Made by a program: the position numbers and the translations under genes. A model generated the notes under the pieces. The model was not told where the DNA came from, did no database searches, and saw only the letters and a list, made by a program, of their open reading frames with translations. A stretch of DNA of 64,000 bases from assembly GCA_964016885.1 (NCBI GenBank), contig OZ024743.1, forward strand, positions 313,100,001 to 313,164,000, in the 5' to 3' direction. The DNA is from Eledone cirrhosa. Its lineage: Eukaryota. Positions 50,580 through 63,422 of this stretch are shown one piece after another. Every line of letters starts with the position of its first letter. Positions within the stretch are counted from its first letter, which is position 1.

Positions 50580-51232
50580 GAAGAATTAGAAATAGAAGTT
50601 AGGAATATCCATCATCAGTTGTCTACTAGCCATCATAGGTATTTCTTCGCATTACAGACAATATACCTCCGCCTAGGGCGATACAATAACTAAAATAAGT
50701 TATTGGGATAAAAAGAGTTGGGTGGATAAAGAGAAGGACGTGTAAACAGACACGAATGGTGAGGCAACGTAAAGAGAGGAAAAAATGAAAAAATCAAGTC
50801 AATAATTCATTTCGAACATAAGAACGGGTGAATTTTGACGAGGAGAACAGAGACATATCTTAACCGTGCGGGTGTGAGCGATAAGAGAGACCGCGTACGG
50901 TGTAGGACGATGGAGGAAGTGAGAGAGGATGAGTAGCAGAGAGTGAGTGAGTGAAAGTGCGAGGAAGAGGTTAGCCGAGAGAGGGTGACTAGCAGAGGGG
51001 TGAGTGAAAGTAAGAGGGAGAAGGGGAGAGAGAAAGAGGATAATTGCAAGGGAAGAGAAAAAAGACAGGTCACAGCGGAGGGGAAAGCATATATGAATAA
51101 AAAATGGCGAGCTGTGTTGTTGCAAATAAGTATAAAAAATGAAGAATTAGAAATAGAAGTTAGGAATATCATCAGTTGTCTACTAGGCAGCATAGGTATT
51201 TTTTCGCATTACAGACAATATACCTCCGCCTA
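50572..51232. repeat. ~100-bp direct repeats (50572-50674, 51132-51232) enclosing a purine-rich spacer; likely pLTR-type element
   Basis: taaaaatgaagaattagaaatagaagttaggaatatc...gacaatatacctccgccta occurs twice. Confidence 0.7.
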
Positions 51233-51239
51233 ACCGATC

Positions 51240-51859
51240 CGAGAGAAGCGAGACGAGGTGGGTGGTGTAAACAAACGAGACAACAGCACACTCATGCACA
51301 CACACACACAGTGGCATTCGAACGATTGTTATTGTGTGTATAGCGCCCCCACCATCCACCGACCAACAAGCGACCAGGCAGACTACTACACTACCAGTAA
51401 CAAAGACTGAATATAGGTAGTATAATGGATTGACAGCTAGCATCATCCCACTCCCACAATAATGAGGAACTGCCTCGACCTTTGCTTGACCGCACCTATT
51501 CCGTGCGCACACGCGCTCTACAGAATATCTCAGTTACACACAAACGGCGGACAACAGAGGCCACGTACCGTTCCTCTCCGACAAATAACTTTCCCCCTCG
51601 GAAAACCCCCCAGTTGATGGATGCGAAATCCGAAATATAGGGATAATTAAATCTCTCCCAAGGTAACTCTATCTCGTGTTATTTTTATTTTTACACTCTT
51701 TCCTATGTTCCTCTACATCCTATACGTCTCATTCTACATATCCTCTTACATCTCTCTCTTTACCACCGGATTCTGTTACCCGGAGATTTACCCATCTGCA
51801 TTGTTGAGGCTTCCAAAACGACCAAATTTTTTATTATTCCACAAGCAAACTTCAATACT

Positions 51860-51862
<3 letters not shown>
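51240..51862 (+). mobile_element. Solo Penelope 3' end/pLTR related to 19525-20230
   Basis: 51490-51860 aligns with the reverse complement of 19540-19930. Confidence 0.75.
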
Positions 51863-51920
<58 letters not shown>

Positions 51921-52139
51921 TAAACTCCTTTGCCACTAAATGTTTAGCAAATTATTGAAATTTAAGCAAGTGCCGGTCAATATGGCTTCTTCAACTATAA
52001 GCAGCTTCGCACCAAACTTTCGTTTTGAATTTGTGTTTTAATGTGGAATATTTTTGTAATTAAGTTTTGTATATATTTTATTTGTGTGTATATTTTCACT
52101 CAGTTAGACCGAATGAATACGATCGCGAATACAAGCGGC

Positions 52140-52482
52140 CGACGTTACTCGCTAAAGTGCGTAACTCGGAGATCAGTCACTCCAGGTAGAACTGCTACTT
52201 CTCCGAATTGAGATATCACAGCTCTGATACTATGGCATGTGGTTAAAATATCTCAGGAAAGAATCGCTGAACAGATTTTACGGGCAAAAACCAACCGGCA
52301 AGAGACCCAGGGGTAGACCCTGAGAAAGATGGTTGGATAACGTCCATGATCTTGGCTAGTCACTCTTGGGGATCCAGCCGGATCAGTTGGAGACGGTTGT
52401 TTCTGACTGGACTCACTGGAAGGAGTGTTTGAGGATTATGCCACCACGATCCTCTCAGGATTAAGTGGGCGAAGAAGAAGAA
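52140..52482 (+). mobile_element. RTE 3' fragment with (GAA)n tail
   Basis: YYGM..GKRPRGRP..W and ggggatccagccggatcagttggagacggttg shared with 13560-13800. Confidence 0.75.
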
Positions 52483-52575
52483 TTATATACAATTTGTAAT
52501 ACTATTTATACAATTGTGATGAAAAAGCTCGTGTCTCTAATCGACGAATACTAGGTATTTATAGATAACTATTAT

Positions 52576-52768
52576 CGGCTGAAAAGTTCATAGGTTGACC
52601 AAGATACTCTCATGGAATGACGAAATGAGGTTTATTTTTCTACATAATACCTGGAAAGAAACAATGCAGTTATTAATAAGAAGACTTGAAATTAATGCAT
52701 GCAAGATTTCACAACACCAGCACCGCTACTTCATAGCCGACATATGAACTTTTCAGCCGACCCTCGTA
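52576..52768. mobile_element. mariner-derived MITE
   Basis: TIR tcggctgaaaagttcata / tatgaacttttcagccgaccctcg-TA. Confidence 0.75.
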
Positions 52769-53177
52769 TGTATGGGGATAGGGTTGCTGGACTGGCTGGG
52801 TGTTTAAAATGTCCGCTTCGCAATCATGATGTCTCCCAAGTTCGATTCCACTGGGTGTTATATTAGGCAAGTGTCTTCATACCGAACCACGTGAGTGAAA
52901 GGCAGACCCTGTTTGTAAGCACGTCGGGTGGATTGTAAATCAAAAGTTCAGCCTTAGAAAAATTCGGCGTGACACACTGTTTTACGAGAGTTACGTTGAG
53001 AATAGACGAAGCTATAGGATGCTTAACCCTTAGTGGAACAACTAGAGCCATCGTGGAAACAGACGGAGCCCTACTCCATTGTTTTGTTGTTGCTATTTTT
53101 ATTTTTGAATTATTTTCCTGTTTAATATTACCGCGCTGACCTAGATCCTACCTCCCGATTATTTATCTTTTACACAG

Positions 53178-53302
53178 CCGATTTCAATGGAGAAGGGGAG
53201 CAAGATGCCGAGTTAATCGTAAATGAAGAAGTAATCGAAGATGAAGACAACGCAGAGACTGAAGAAGACATCAATTCCCGGGTTCACTCCCAGAAAGATC
53301 GG
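53178..53302 (+). CDS. Putative host-gene exon, acidic: DFNGEGEQDAELIVNEEVIEDEDNAETEEDINSRVHSQKDR
   Basis: gctgac branch-like site, tttatcttttacacAG acceptor, 125 nt (phase 1 to 0), CGG|GTAGGA donor. Confidence 0.7.
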
Positions 53303-54393
53303 GTAGGAATCATTTCATTTATTCTTTAATTAAACATTGTATATCAAGGACGGACTTCATCCATTCGTACCAGTCTAGTACAGAGGTCGATTCTTCCTCT
53401 ACATATCTTTCTCACTTCCATTCTCTCACTCTGTATCCTTCACTGGATGGAATCTGCTGTATTCAGACATGGAGAGGAGATGGGCTCCGCCAGGTTTTGA
53501 AAAATGCCCTTGATACGCCGTATGTCAATGTGGCGCCCCTATGACTCCCTCATGAGTTATGGATCCATACATACGTTTTAAGGACATTCACATGATTCCA
53601 AAGATGAGCGTTGCAATTGTTCGATCAGCGAAATGGCCCGCTTGTAAAATTAGCGTTAAGCGAATGAGAGTACAAGGGTAGCGCTGAATAGGAAGCCAGT
53701 CAATCACAGAGTTAACTCCCAGGGACTCCATATAATAATTTTTCATTGTTGAGTAGATTGAGCAACTGGAAAAGCGTCTTATTCAAAGCACAACGGGCCG
53801 CTTGGTGTGGAAATCATACATACAACCTCAAGGTCATTAGCCAAATGCACTAACCACAAAGCTGCACACTTTTAATCATTATATGACTCTACCACCACCA
53901 CCACCACTAACAACGACCACGACCACAACGACAATAACCACAACGATGTAGACATCCCCCACTACTACAACAAACAACAACAACCACCGACAGGCACCAC
54001 CAACAACAATGGGGACAATAATAACAGCTAGTAATGCTGGTTGTCTCAAAAGTCACTATCTATTTTGAATAGTCGCTTTTGAGACAGCCTATATATATCT
54101 CAATTGTTAATTCCAGTGATGTTTGCGTTAAAAGATAGTTAACCCTTTAGCATTTACATTACTGTATATTTACTATTGTAGTTTCACAGTAAATGCTTTA
54201 TCTCACATAGTATGGAATCTACGAGATTTTGATATTATTTATTTTGAGAACAATAACTTAACATATGTTTGGGCGGCCGGTTACAGCCAGTTTGAACAGA
54301 AAGAGATGAGAGAATTCTGGCTGGATACAGCCGGTTTAACGATGCAGATATTTAACGAAAGTGCTGAGTGTTTATTCTGTTGATATATAACAG

Positions 54394-54549
54394 GAGATTT
54401 ACATCAAAGACGTGAACGAAGCCTGGAAGGTTATTGAAAGTTGGCAGGAGGAATGTACTGAGTGGCCAATTGTAGCAGGACATAACCCTATTGATGGCTG
54501 TGTCAGAAGTCAATGTTCAGATATATACGGCAATATAACACTTTTACAA
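54394..54549 (+). CDS. Putative host-gene exon, EIYIKDVNEAWKVIESWQEECTEWPIVAGHNPIDGCVRSQCSDIYGNITLLQ
   Basis: aacAG acceptor, 156 nt phase 0-0, consensus CAA|GTAAGT donor; non-repetitive, protein-like composition. Confidence 0.8.
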
Positions 54550-54632
54550 GTAAGTATACAGTTGAATCATCAACCTATTTATCTATATATGTCTTTATTC
54601 TGAATTACGCTGTGTTTGTGATATTGTTCAGT

Positions 54633-54855
54633 AATAGTTTCTGATTTAGGCACAAGGCCAACTATCTGAAGAGGAAAGAGGAATGTTGATTAAATTGAAC
54701 CCAGTGCATTACTGGTACTTTATTTCATCGATCCAATAAAGACGAAAGGCAAAGCTAACTTCGGCGAAATTTGAACTCAGAACGTAAAGGGACGAAACTA
54801 CATACCACAAAGCATGTTGTCTGATGCTTTACCGATACTGCCAATCCACCACCCT
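54633..54855 (-). mobile_element. tRNA-derived SINE (family of 10543-10729)
   Basis: Reverse complement of ggtggattggcagtatcggta...gagttcaaatt...gtaccagtaatgca...ggccttgtgcc. Confidence 0.85.
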
Positions 54856-55513
54856 AGTATTATTGTTAATTAATTCTAGTTCGTCAAGCTTGCACTATAT
54901 GTAAATAAGCTGTCAACAAGAAAAGTTTGTGTACAAAGTCTATAAGAAGGTATTGTCTTCTACATCAGTATTCCGTAGTTAGTAAGCGTCTCTGATGGTA
55001 GATGAAACATCATGAAATACATGTATATAGAACTCTTACTCGAGTATTAAGGTAGCCGTGTATGATCACTGATTATGATCTACATAGTGTGATTATATGA
55101 ATGTGTATTATAAATAAACATAGTGTATATGAGTTCACATATGCCTTTATTTTGAATCACGCTGTATTAGTGCTATAATTAATTAAAACTAGCCGGTTAA
55201 GTTTGCATTATATGTAAATGAGTCTTTATCAAGAATAGCTTATTTACCAAACCCTATCAAAAGATACGGTCTTCTTTTACCTCAGTATCCCATATAAAGT
55301 TAGCGTTGCTGATGATACGTTAATCCAGAAATACATGTCTACGGCACTCTAACACGGCTCCTTAATCATACAACTATGCCTGTGCCTATATTAATCAAAT
55401 TTTGCGACACATTCTTATCCTTATTAATGTTTTAGTTGCGAAAGTTCAAACGTGCGCCATGATTGGACGTACCTTATCAATAAATTATTTTGAAACTGTT
55501 TTCTATGTTTCAG

Positions 55514-55609
55514 GCCCGATTGAACCTGAGTTCAAATGAATTGTTCCAAGATCTTGCTTTTAATATTAATGAACAGTTTAAATGGAATACTTTAGTTTCC
55601 AAATTTCAG
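55514..55609 (+). CDS. Putative host-gene exon, ARLNLSSNELFQDLAFNINEQFKWNTLVSKFQ
   Basis: ttttctatgtttcAG acceptor, 96 nt phase 0-0, CAG|GTTTGT donor. Confidence 0.75.
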
Positions 55610-55694
55610 GTTTGTTAAATCAATTTTTTCCTTCTTCTCAATTTCTCTATCTATCTCTATCTCTCTATCTTTCATTACATTCTTCATTTTTCAG

Positions 55695-55736
55695 AAAGAA
55701 GGGCACTTAGGTAGTGAAGGTTTTGACACTGGTTAA
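55695..55736 (+). CDS. Putative terminal coding exon, KEGHLGSEGFDTG*
   Basis: 85-nt pyrimidine-rich intron ending tcatttttcAG; in-frame TAA at 55734-55736. Confidence 0.6.
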   Translation, partial: KEGHLGSEGFDTG

Positions 55737-55751
55737 GATGTTATTATGTAC

Positions 55752-55781
<30 letters not shown>

Positions 55782-55785
<4 letters not shown>

Positions 55786-55988
55786 CGAAGGAAATGTGGT
55801 AAGGAACCCGATGGACCATAACGCACCGAAGTACTCAATACTTAGGGTAGTAGAGTGGGTAATAGGAACGAGTAGGACCCCGACGGCTGAGCTCAAGCCG
55901 TTTCGACGGCTAATTCTGGACTAAAATTAGTCCAGAATTAGTCGTCGAAACAGCTTGAGCTCAGCCGTCGGGGTCCTACTCGTTCCTA
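55782..55988. mobile_element. Naiad-type pLTR fragment folded back on itself
   Basis: 55782-55925 matches 17160-17303; 55862-55923 and 55927-55988 are inverted arms. Confidence 0.8.
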
Positions 55989-56068
55989 TATATATATATA
56001 TATATATATATACAACACACACACGCATATATATACATACACACACGCACACACGCACACACACACAC

Positions 56069-56163
<95 letters not shown>

Positions 56164-56223
56164 AAGAAAATTTCGCTTTACATGGCTGAGTACAATAAAT
56201 GTAATCTGAGTTTTTCGAATATT

Positions 56224-56320
56224 AATAATTGTTTCTACGTTAGGCACAAGGTCAGCAATTACTCAGTGCATTACTGGTACTTTATTTTATCGACCCCGTA
56301 AGGATGAAAGGCAAAGTTAA
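56224..56320 (-). mobile_element. Truncated SINE (family of 10543-10729)
   Basis: ggcacaagg.cagcaattac.cagtgcattactggtactttattttatcgaccccgtaaggatgaaaggcaaagttaa. Confidence 0.8.
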
Positions 56321-56929
56321 TAACATTCGATTCGTTTGCAATTTTGCAAACAGAACGGTTCTAACAGAAACAAGACTCTTTCTTTGCAAATTTAGACATA
56401 AAATAGATGAATACGTATGTCTGTATGAGTTTGCTTGTTTGAATGTATGTGCGCGCGTGTGTATGTGTCCATACACGCACATACATACATACACACATAC
56501 ATACATACATAACTAACATTCGACACGAGCAGTGACACATATGGCGTAGGAGTCTATTCATAAAATTTATCTCCAATGTCACAATTAGCGCCCTTGTACA
56601 ATAACTGGATATTCTTTTGATGATATTCTCTGAAGACACTTTTCATTCGACATCGTTGAGATATCCGTCTAAATACTGAATTCACCTTACAAGGATTTGC
56701 TACAAACAACATGACTGGAGACAACATCAACAATACTAGTGAAGAATTGAAGAAAAACAACAACGAGAAAGGTAAACAGAATCTTTTTAGTTGTAGTTAC
56801 AGAAGGAACCCAAATTATAAATCGCAGTTTTATTTGAGTTGCCAACTCCTTTACGGCCTATTTAATAAATTACCATTTAGATTCATGTTAGTAGAAAAGG
56901 AAGATTAGTTGCTTAATGAACACAACCAC

Positions 56930-57055
56930 AAGGATATGGTCCGAACGTGGAGGAGCCGAACTCCCACTGTCATCGCCTCCATCTCTCTCGCCCTCCCCAT
57001 CTCTCCGTATGGTGAGCAAATGGGGTTCCACGTGCTGGCCTCCCCACAGCCCCGG
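56930..57055 (-). mobile_element. CRE-like 3'-UTR fragment
   Basis: Matches 12158-12250. Confidence 0.65.
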
Positions 57056-57235
57056 CGGACAGAATCGAGAAGGCGTTTTCCCGGAGGATGGTAAAGGAGA
57101 TGCGCTGGAAAAATTGTTATAAAATGTCAAAAAAAAAGAGGTCCCTCTGTTGGCTATATAAACAGAATGAAGCTACACTGGGACGAACTTCACTCAGAGC
57201 TAAATTATTTCATAGTCAAACAGTTACGCTAACAA

Positions 57236-57372
57236 ATAATTGTTTCTACTTTAGGCACAAGGCCAGCAATTACCCAGTGCATTACTGGTACTTTATTTTA
57301 TCGACCTCGTAAGGATGAAAGGCAAAGTCAACCTCGGCGGGATTTGAACTCAGATCGTAAAGGGACGTAACT
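57236..57372 (-). mobile_element. Truncated SINE (family of 10543-10729)
   Basis: Same body, includes the B-box (ggatttgaactc). Confidence 0.8.
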
Positions 57373-57839
57373 GCTGGAAAGCATTATCTGGGAGATGATA
57401 GAGATGTTAACACAAAAATTGCTATTGTATATTTCAAAAATAAAAATAAAACTTGTGAAGCCACGAAAAACTATCGGTCATGAAATAATGCTTATTATAC
57501 GTAAACAAAAACAGGAAAAACTACATTCTTCACCAACAAAGAGTGAAAAATAAAACAGAAATGATATTTGGAAACAGTACAAGCAGGACTCTTCAATACA
57601 AGTTGATGTCCCTCAAAAAAAGATTGAGAGCTGTCAGCGAGATACTCTGATATCAGAAAAGTCTGGCTGAAAGAAAAATGATTAATAAAAAATCCGCCCG
57701 AAACCAAACATCAGTCTGTTGAGATATAAGGGGCAAATAAATAAATGTCACTGAGACCCCATCGCAGAAATCATATATTTCTTCTGGAGCAAAAAAATGA
57801 GGCGAGAAAAAGAATTTTAATCAAGACGCAGTATGGTTG

Positions 57840-58430
57840 AAAGGGATCCCAACGAACTATTGCTCCTGCATTGCACCAAAAACATACATCATCAATGAGA
57901 CTGTGATAGGAAACTTTATGGCAAGAATATATGATATGAAGAAAAACCTTGATCTGGTTACGACCTTCTCGAAGGATATAGGAATAGATTTTCACCAGGA
58001 CAAATGTTTCTATGTGATTGTAAAGCGAGGTCATCTCTATCAATAGCCTAGCTCTTTCATCGATATCTGTTGCAGATACTTAGGGATTGATGAAAGTATA
58101 TCCTACAATGGAAACTGTAATAAGGAACCAATAACCAGGAAATATAACACCTGAATAAGAAAAGATCTCTGCTCACAATAAATCAGTGACGCACAATGTG
58201 TTTGATGACACCAACATTTGGACTAATTGACTGAACGCAAAATGAGATCCGAACCACTGATATTAAAACTCGAAAAGTTCTAACCGGCACCAGAAATTTC
58301 CACATCAACAGTGACACAGACCGCCTCTACCTGAAACGTAAACAGGGAGGAAGAGGCTTAACATCAACCCAAACAGCATTTGAATGTCACATTATATCCC
58401 TCCGACGACATCTACGAACCACCAAACGTA
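57840..58430 (+). mobile_element. R4/Dong-type (RLE) non-LTR retrotransposon RT-thumb remnant
   Basis: LVTTFSKDIGIDF..DKC..IVKRG, RYLGIDE, DIKTRKVLT..NFHINSDTDRLYLKRKQGGRGL. Confidence 0.8.
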
Positions 58431-58587
58431 AGCACACACATATATATAGATGCAGTCGAATAGTTAAGGAGTTTGCTTCGAAATCAGTGAGTCCTGGAGG
58501 AGAATTTTCTAGGTGCAAATGCCATGGTAACCCACACATATACATATTATACACGCACATATACATATATGCGTGTATATAAGTATA

Positions 58588-58920
58588 TGATGGTATCCAA
58601 TGATGTTGACTGGTTCTTCTTTTTGGTAAATATCATCTTGGTTAAGAGAGTGGGACTGGCTTTGTGCAGTGCCTTTGCTCACTATAAAAGCTTCACGGCA
58701 CAGGCATTTCTTTATATCTGGAGATCTCTCTGCACTTGTCGTCACATGGTACCATGGGCCCAGCACTATGTGTCAATAATTGTCACAAGTGTAGTCTTTG
58801 TACCAGAGTTTTCAAGTCGCTGGCTGGACTAACAAGTCACACTCGTTCAGCGCATCGGTAGGGGTTCTCCTACATGGATATAAAGTAGTGGCCGTACTCG
58901 AAAACGAGTTGGCAGCCACC
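58588..58920 (+). mobile_element. 5'-truncated copy of the structured retroposon at 2786-3385
   Basis: Nearly identical to 3061-3385 with the same 3' end and AT tail. Confidence 0.8.
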
Positions 58921-59148
58921 ATATGTGTGTATATAAGTACATATATGTGTGTATATATTACATATATGTGTATATATATTACATATATGTGTATATATAT
59001 GTACATATATGTGTGTATATATGTACATATATGTGTGTATATATATACATATATGTGTGTATATATTACATGTGTGTATATATGTACATATATGTGTATA
59101 GATATATATGTACATATATGTATATATATATATATATATATGTGTATA

Positions 59149-59209
<61 letters not shown>

Positions 59210-59216
59210 ATAGATG

Positions 59217-59281
<65 letters not shown>

Positions 59282-59445
59282 ATAGATGTATATATATATA
59301 TATGTGTATAGATGTATATATATATGTGTGTATAGATGTATAAACATGTGTGTATATATGTATGTATGTGTATATGCGTATATATATGTGTGTATATATA
59401 TATGTATGTATGTGTATATATGGACGTATGAATGTGTGTGTGTTG
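58921..59445. repeat. (TA)/(TG) compound microsatellite
   Basis: Direct inspection. Confidence 0.95.
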
Positions 59446-59734
59446 GGGGTGGGTGGGTAAGTCATCATCTTACTCTATAGCTTTCTTTACATGTCTGTAT
59501 TTTAAATTATCACATTCTTTGTACCTATTTTTGATTCCTTTATATGAAAGATCGCAATTCCATTATATTCCAATCTATTCCAATTTCTCTTCTAAACAAC
59601 GTTATTTATTTGTTTATATATTCGTCCCCTCTATAACACATTTCCCTTCATTTCTAACCTCATCACGCTCACAGGTAATACCGGTTCTTTTCGTATCCAC
59701 CACTCTTTCACTTGAGCTTCCACTGAGCTAGTCT

Positions 59735-59998
59735 ATGCCTTCCAGTTGCGATTCCATAGACATGGGACAAACTGGCCACCGCTTGGCGGACTGTTTCGCT
59801 GAACATTTGAGGGACATACGACTCGACATGGATATCCCCGTCGCTCGTAACTTCCATCCCCCAGGCCACTCCTCAGTCCTTGCTGCCCTTTTACATCACG
59901 TATCGCTGGCCTCGCGCATCAGGACTGAGCAGAGTCTGATTTTCCCCACTGGGTCCAGTTTCCTTAATGGACTCGGCTCCCCTCCCCAATTTCTTTAA
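59735..59998 (+). mobile_element. Penelope-like (Neptune-type) GIY-YIG endonuclease 3' remnant
   Basis: C..IDMGQTGHRLADCFAEHLRDI...PVARNFH.PGHS...EQSLIF..G...NGL. Confidence 0.75.
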
Positions 59999-60418
59999 TC
60001 TCGCGTTTACTTTTATAACCCTAGCCATTGTCACCTATACCTCGGCCGCTGTCACACATGCGCGCGGTTCTATGACCGCTACGGTCAGAAACACACACTT
60101 TTACAACTTGTACAAACAAAGAATAAACATACACACACCTCGACACTTACCCTCACAGCTCTGTACAGACCAGGTCAGATTCACAGGTGTGAGTGAAATC
60201 AGTTTGGATCAGGATGGGGGCATATCAATGCTAGATGAAACGGGATGCCATGTGTTGGGACTGGGTTTCAAAATCGTGGTCCTGGCTACAGAACCAATGA
60301 AGAAGGAAGAATTGGGAGTAGGATATGGAGAATTTGGTGTGTGTGTGCGTGTGTGTGTGTGTGTGTGTGTATGTGTGTGTGTATGTGTGTGTATATATAT
60401 GTGTATATATATATGTGA

Positions 60419-60451
<33 letters not shown>

Positions 60452-60507
60452 AATGTAAGTATGTATGTATACGTACATACATATATGTATACAGACGTAC
60501 AGTAGCA

Positions 60508-60575
<68 letters not shown>

Positions 60576-60726
60576 CAGGTACACATACATATATGTACGT
60601 ATCAGTTTAGCGGACGCTTATTATAGCGCCCGCTTTGTTCGTTTGTAAACAAACTGAACAGCCTGAATTTATGCCGTATGGTGTTAAGGCAACCACGTCA
60701 CCTTTTTGTTCAACACTGACACAGGA

Positions 60727-60769
60727 ACGATGTACTAGTTTCAAGCTTGTTAGCTATCATCAGCACCGT
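60727..60769 (-). ncRNA. Minimal type I hammerhead ribozyme
   Basis: acggtg CTGATGA tagctaacaagctt GAAA ctagTA^catcgt. Confidence 0.85.
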
Positions 60770-61042
60770 ATACCCTTCTGCCAGATGGTTGAACGTTCGA
60801 AAGTATATACTTTCCTTATGAAAATTAACGGCTGAGCAGCCTAATTTGCATATCGAGTGAGTTAAATCGGTCAGGCGTACCGAAAACGATAAGTTGTAAT
60901 AAAATGAAAACGTAATTTCATTTCTCACTCTTAGTACGCCACTTACTTAAATGTAAGTATGTATGTATACGTACATACAGCCGTTAATTTTCATAAGGAA
61001 AGTATATACTTTCGAACGTTCAACCATCTGGCAGAAGGGTAT

Positions 61043-61085
61043 ACGGTGCTGATGATAGCTAACAAGCTTGAAACTAGTACATCGT
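61043..61085 (+). ncRNA. Minimal type I hammerhead ribozyme
   Basis: Same sequence on the plus strand; first of a tandem pair 395 nt apart. Confidence 0.85.
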
Positions 61086-61165
61086 TCCTGTGTCAGTGTT
61101 GAACAAAGCGGGCGCTATAATAAGCGTCCGCTAAACTGATACGTACATATATGTATGTGTACCTG

Positions 61166-61201
<36 letters not shown>

Positions 61202-61437
61202 TGCTACTGTACGTCTGTATACATATATGTATGTACGTATACATACATACTTACATTTAAGTAAGTGCCGTACTAAGAGTGAGAAATGAAATTACGTTTT
61301 CATTTTATTACAACTTATCGTTTTAGGTACGCCTGACCGATTTAACTCACTCGATATGCAAATTAGGCTGCTCAGCCGTTAATTTTCATAAGGAAAGTAT
61401 ATACTTTCGAACGTTCAACCATCTGGCAGAAGGGTAT

Positions 61438-61480
61438 ACGGTGCTGATGATAGCTAACAAGCTTGAAACTAGTACATCGT
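61438..61480 (+). ncRNA. Minimal type I hammerhead ribozyme
   Basis: Second of the tandem pair. Confidence 0.85.
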
Positions 61481-62663
61481 TCCTGTGTCAGTGTTGAACA
61501 AAAAGGTGACGTGGTTGCCTTAACACCGTACGGCATAAATTCAGGCTGTTCAGTTTGTTTACAAACGAACAAAGCGGGCGCTATAATAAGCGTCCGCTAA
61601 ACTGATACGTACATATATGTATGTGTACCTGTATGTATATATATATAGTATGTGTGTGTGTATACGTCTATACACACTCATATATATGTTTTTTTTACAT
61701 TTAACTGATGGTGATGTATGGAGGTACCTTTTAGTAAATGGTTGGCTCTTTTACATAAAATTTTATTTTCCTTTCTTTGGTCATATTGAAAACACGAAGC
61801 AGCAGAATCACTGTGTTCTATCAGTCTCTATAGTTTCAATTCTTTGAGAATATTTTCAAAACAAACATTCACTCTCACCATTCACGTCTAGACAGCAGGA
61901 ATTCCAATAACATTATTCCATTTTCATAGCAGAAGATCGTTTATGATTTTCGTTTTTCGTTAATTTTGTTTACATAATTATTTATTTACTTGTTTATTTG
62001 TTCATCTATTTGTATATTAGTTTGTCTGTCTGTCCATTCGTCGTTTTGCTAGTTTATTTACTATAAAGTTTCGATTTTATTGTATACATTTGCATAAACA
62101 GATTCTACAAAATAATGCTGGAGTCGTTTACAAAACTAAATCAATGAGAAAATGTTGACGAGATCTGTGAGCCTACTAAAAATAGCAGATAAACTTCTCT
62201 CGTTTCACCTTCTACTGTCTTACAAAAGGAAGGTTATATTATATAATGTCCAAGATATACTAAATCTTTAAAAAGACGTGTTTGTCATGGCTGAAATGAA
62301 TTTGAGCAGAGACGCCTCATTTGATTATAGAACCCTCATTTGATCATAAATATGTTAGTTGATCATAAACGCGTCATTTGATAATATGTCTGGCCCTATG
62401 GAAGGCGAAGAGCATTGCCCCTTCCCCATTCCGTAATTTTCTCTCCAGCTCAGGTTAGTGTGTCACGCATTGAGACTTCCAGAAACCGAGCCCATGCACA
62501 TATACACGATGTACGTGTCCCAGCATGGTGTAGGAGAGCCCCCTTTACCTCCTGACAGCATCTAGAGAACATCCAAGAGTCATTATGTGAACCAGACCAG
62601 CGGATAAGACCAGAATATATCATCAATTTGACTTAAAATGGTCAGGCTGACAGGAACTGCTAA

Positions 62664-62666
<3 letters not shown>

Positions 62667-62756
<90 letters not shown>
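62667..62756. repeat. (TG)n microsatellite
   Basis: Direct inspection. Confidence 0.95.
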
Positions 62757-62758
<2 letters not shown>

Positions 62759-63422
62759 ATGTTGATGGCACCAGAAAATATCACCAATATTGTTTAGGAT
62801 CACCAGGACTCTGGTAGAAGAGACAGTATCTACTAAACATCCGGGAACTGTTAAGTGACTGAGGCCTGCTGGTGGGACCAGATGATATCAACAGTTTGAC
62901 TCGGGATCGTATCAGGTGGAGGGAAACTGTAGCTGCCTGCATACTATCGAAATAGGCTAATGTTGATAATATATAGAACTGATTATGTCTGATTTGAATT
63001 AGAATCCCACTGATGGTCAGGGTTAAATATTCGACCTCAGGAAAACAACTGATTCTGAGAGCTGGAATGTGAAGTTGAAGATTTCAGTCATTTGCTGTTG
63101 TAGTTGAACGGCGATGATCTGATGGAATTATGTTGCTATTTCTAGCAGATTGCTTGACCGCATCAGACTCTCTATTCACCTAAGGTATATTAAATATAAT
63201 AGAGAAAGTATAATATTTTCGTTGGAAAACAGTGCGTTTTGTTAGAAACAGGATAGTAACTCTCCATCCATCTATTCTACTTCCGGTTTCTGTCTTATCG
63301 ACTCCATTAAGTGCAGCTGTTTATTAGCGGAGATTAGTTAGTAACGGGAAATAGCTGTTATATATACTCCATCATATTCACAAAACACGACGAAGGTGTA
63401 ATAATAATAATAATGATAATAA

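Larger units (their letters stand above)
60449..61650. mobile_element. Retrozyme-like element: minus-strand ~1.1-mer (60449-60978) joined to plus-strand tandem copies (60979-61650)
   Basis: Same family as 1939-2785; internal copies nearly identical; three hammerheads. Confidence 0.82.

Noticed and set aside
60150-60195. Hammerhead in the Neptune-type pLTR
   Set aside because: Only a gacc/ggtc stem remains; both core boxes are too decayed to call.
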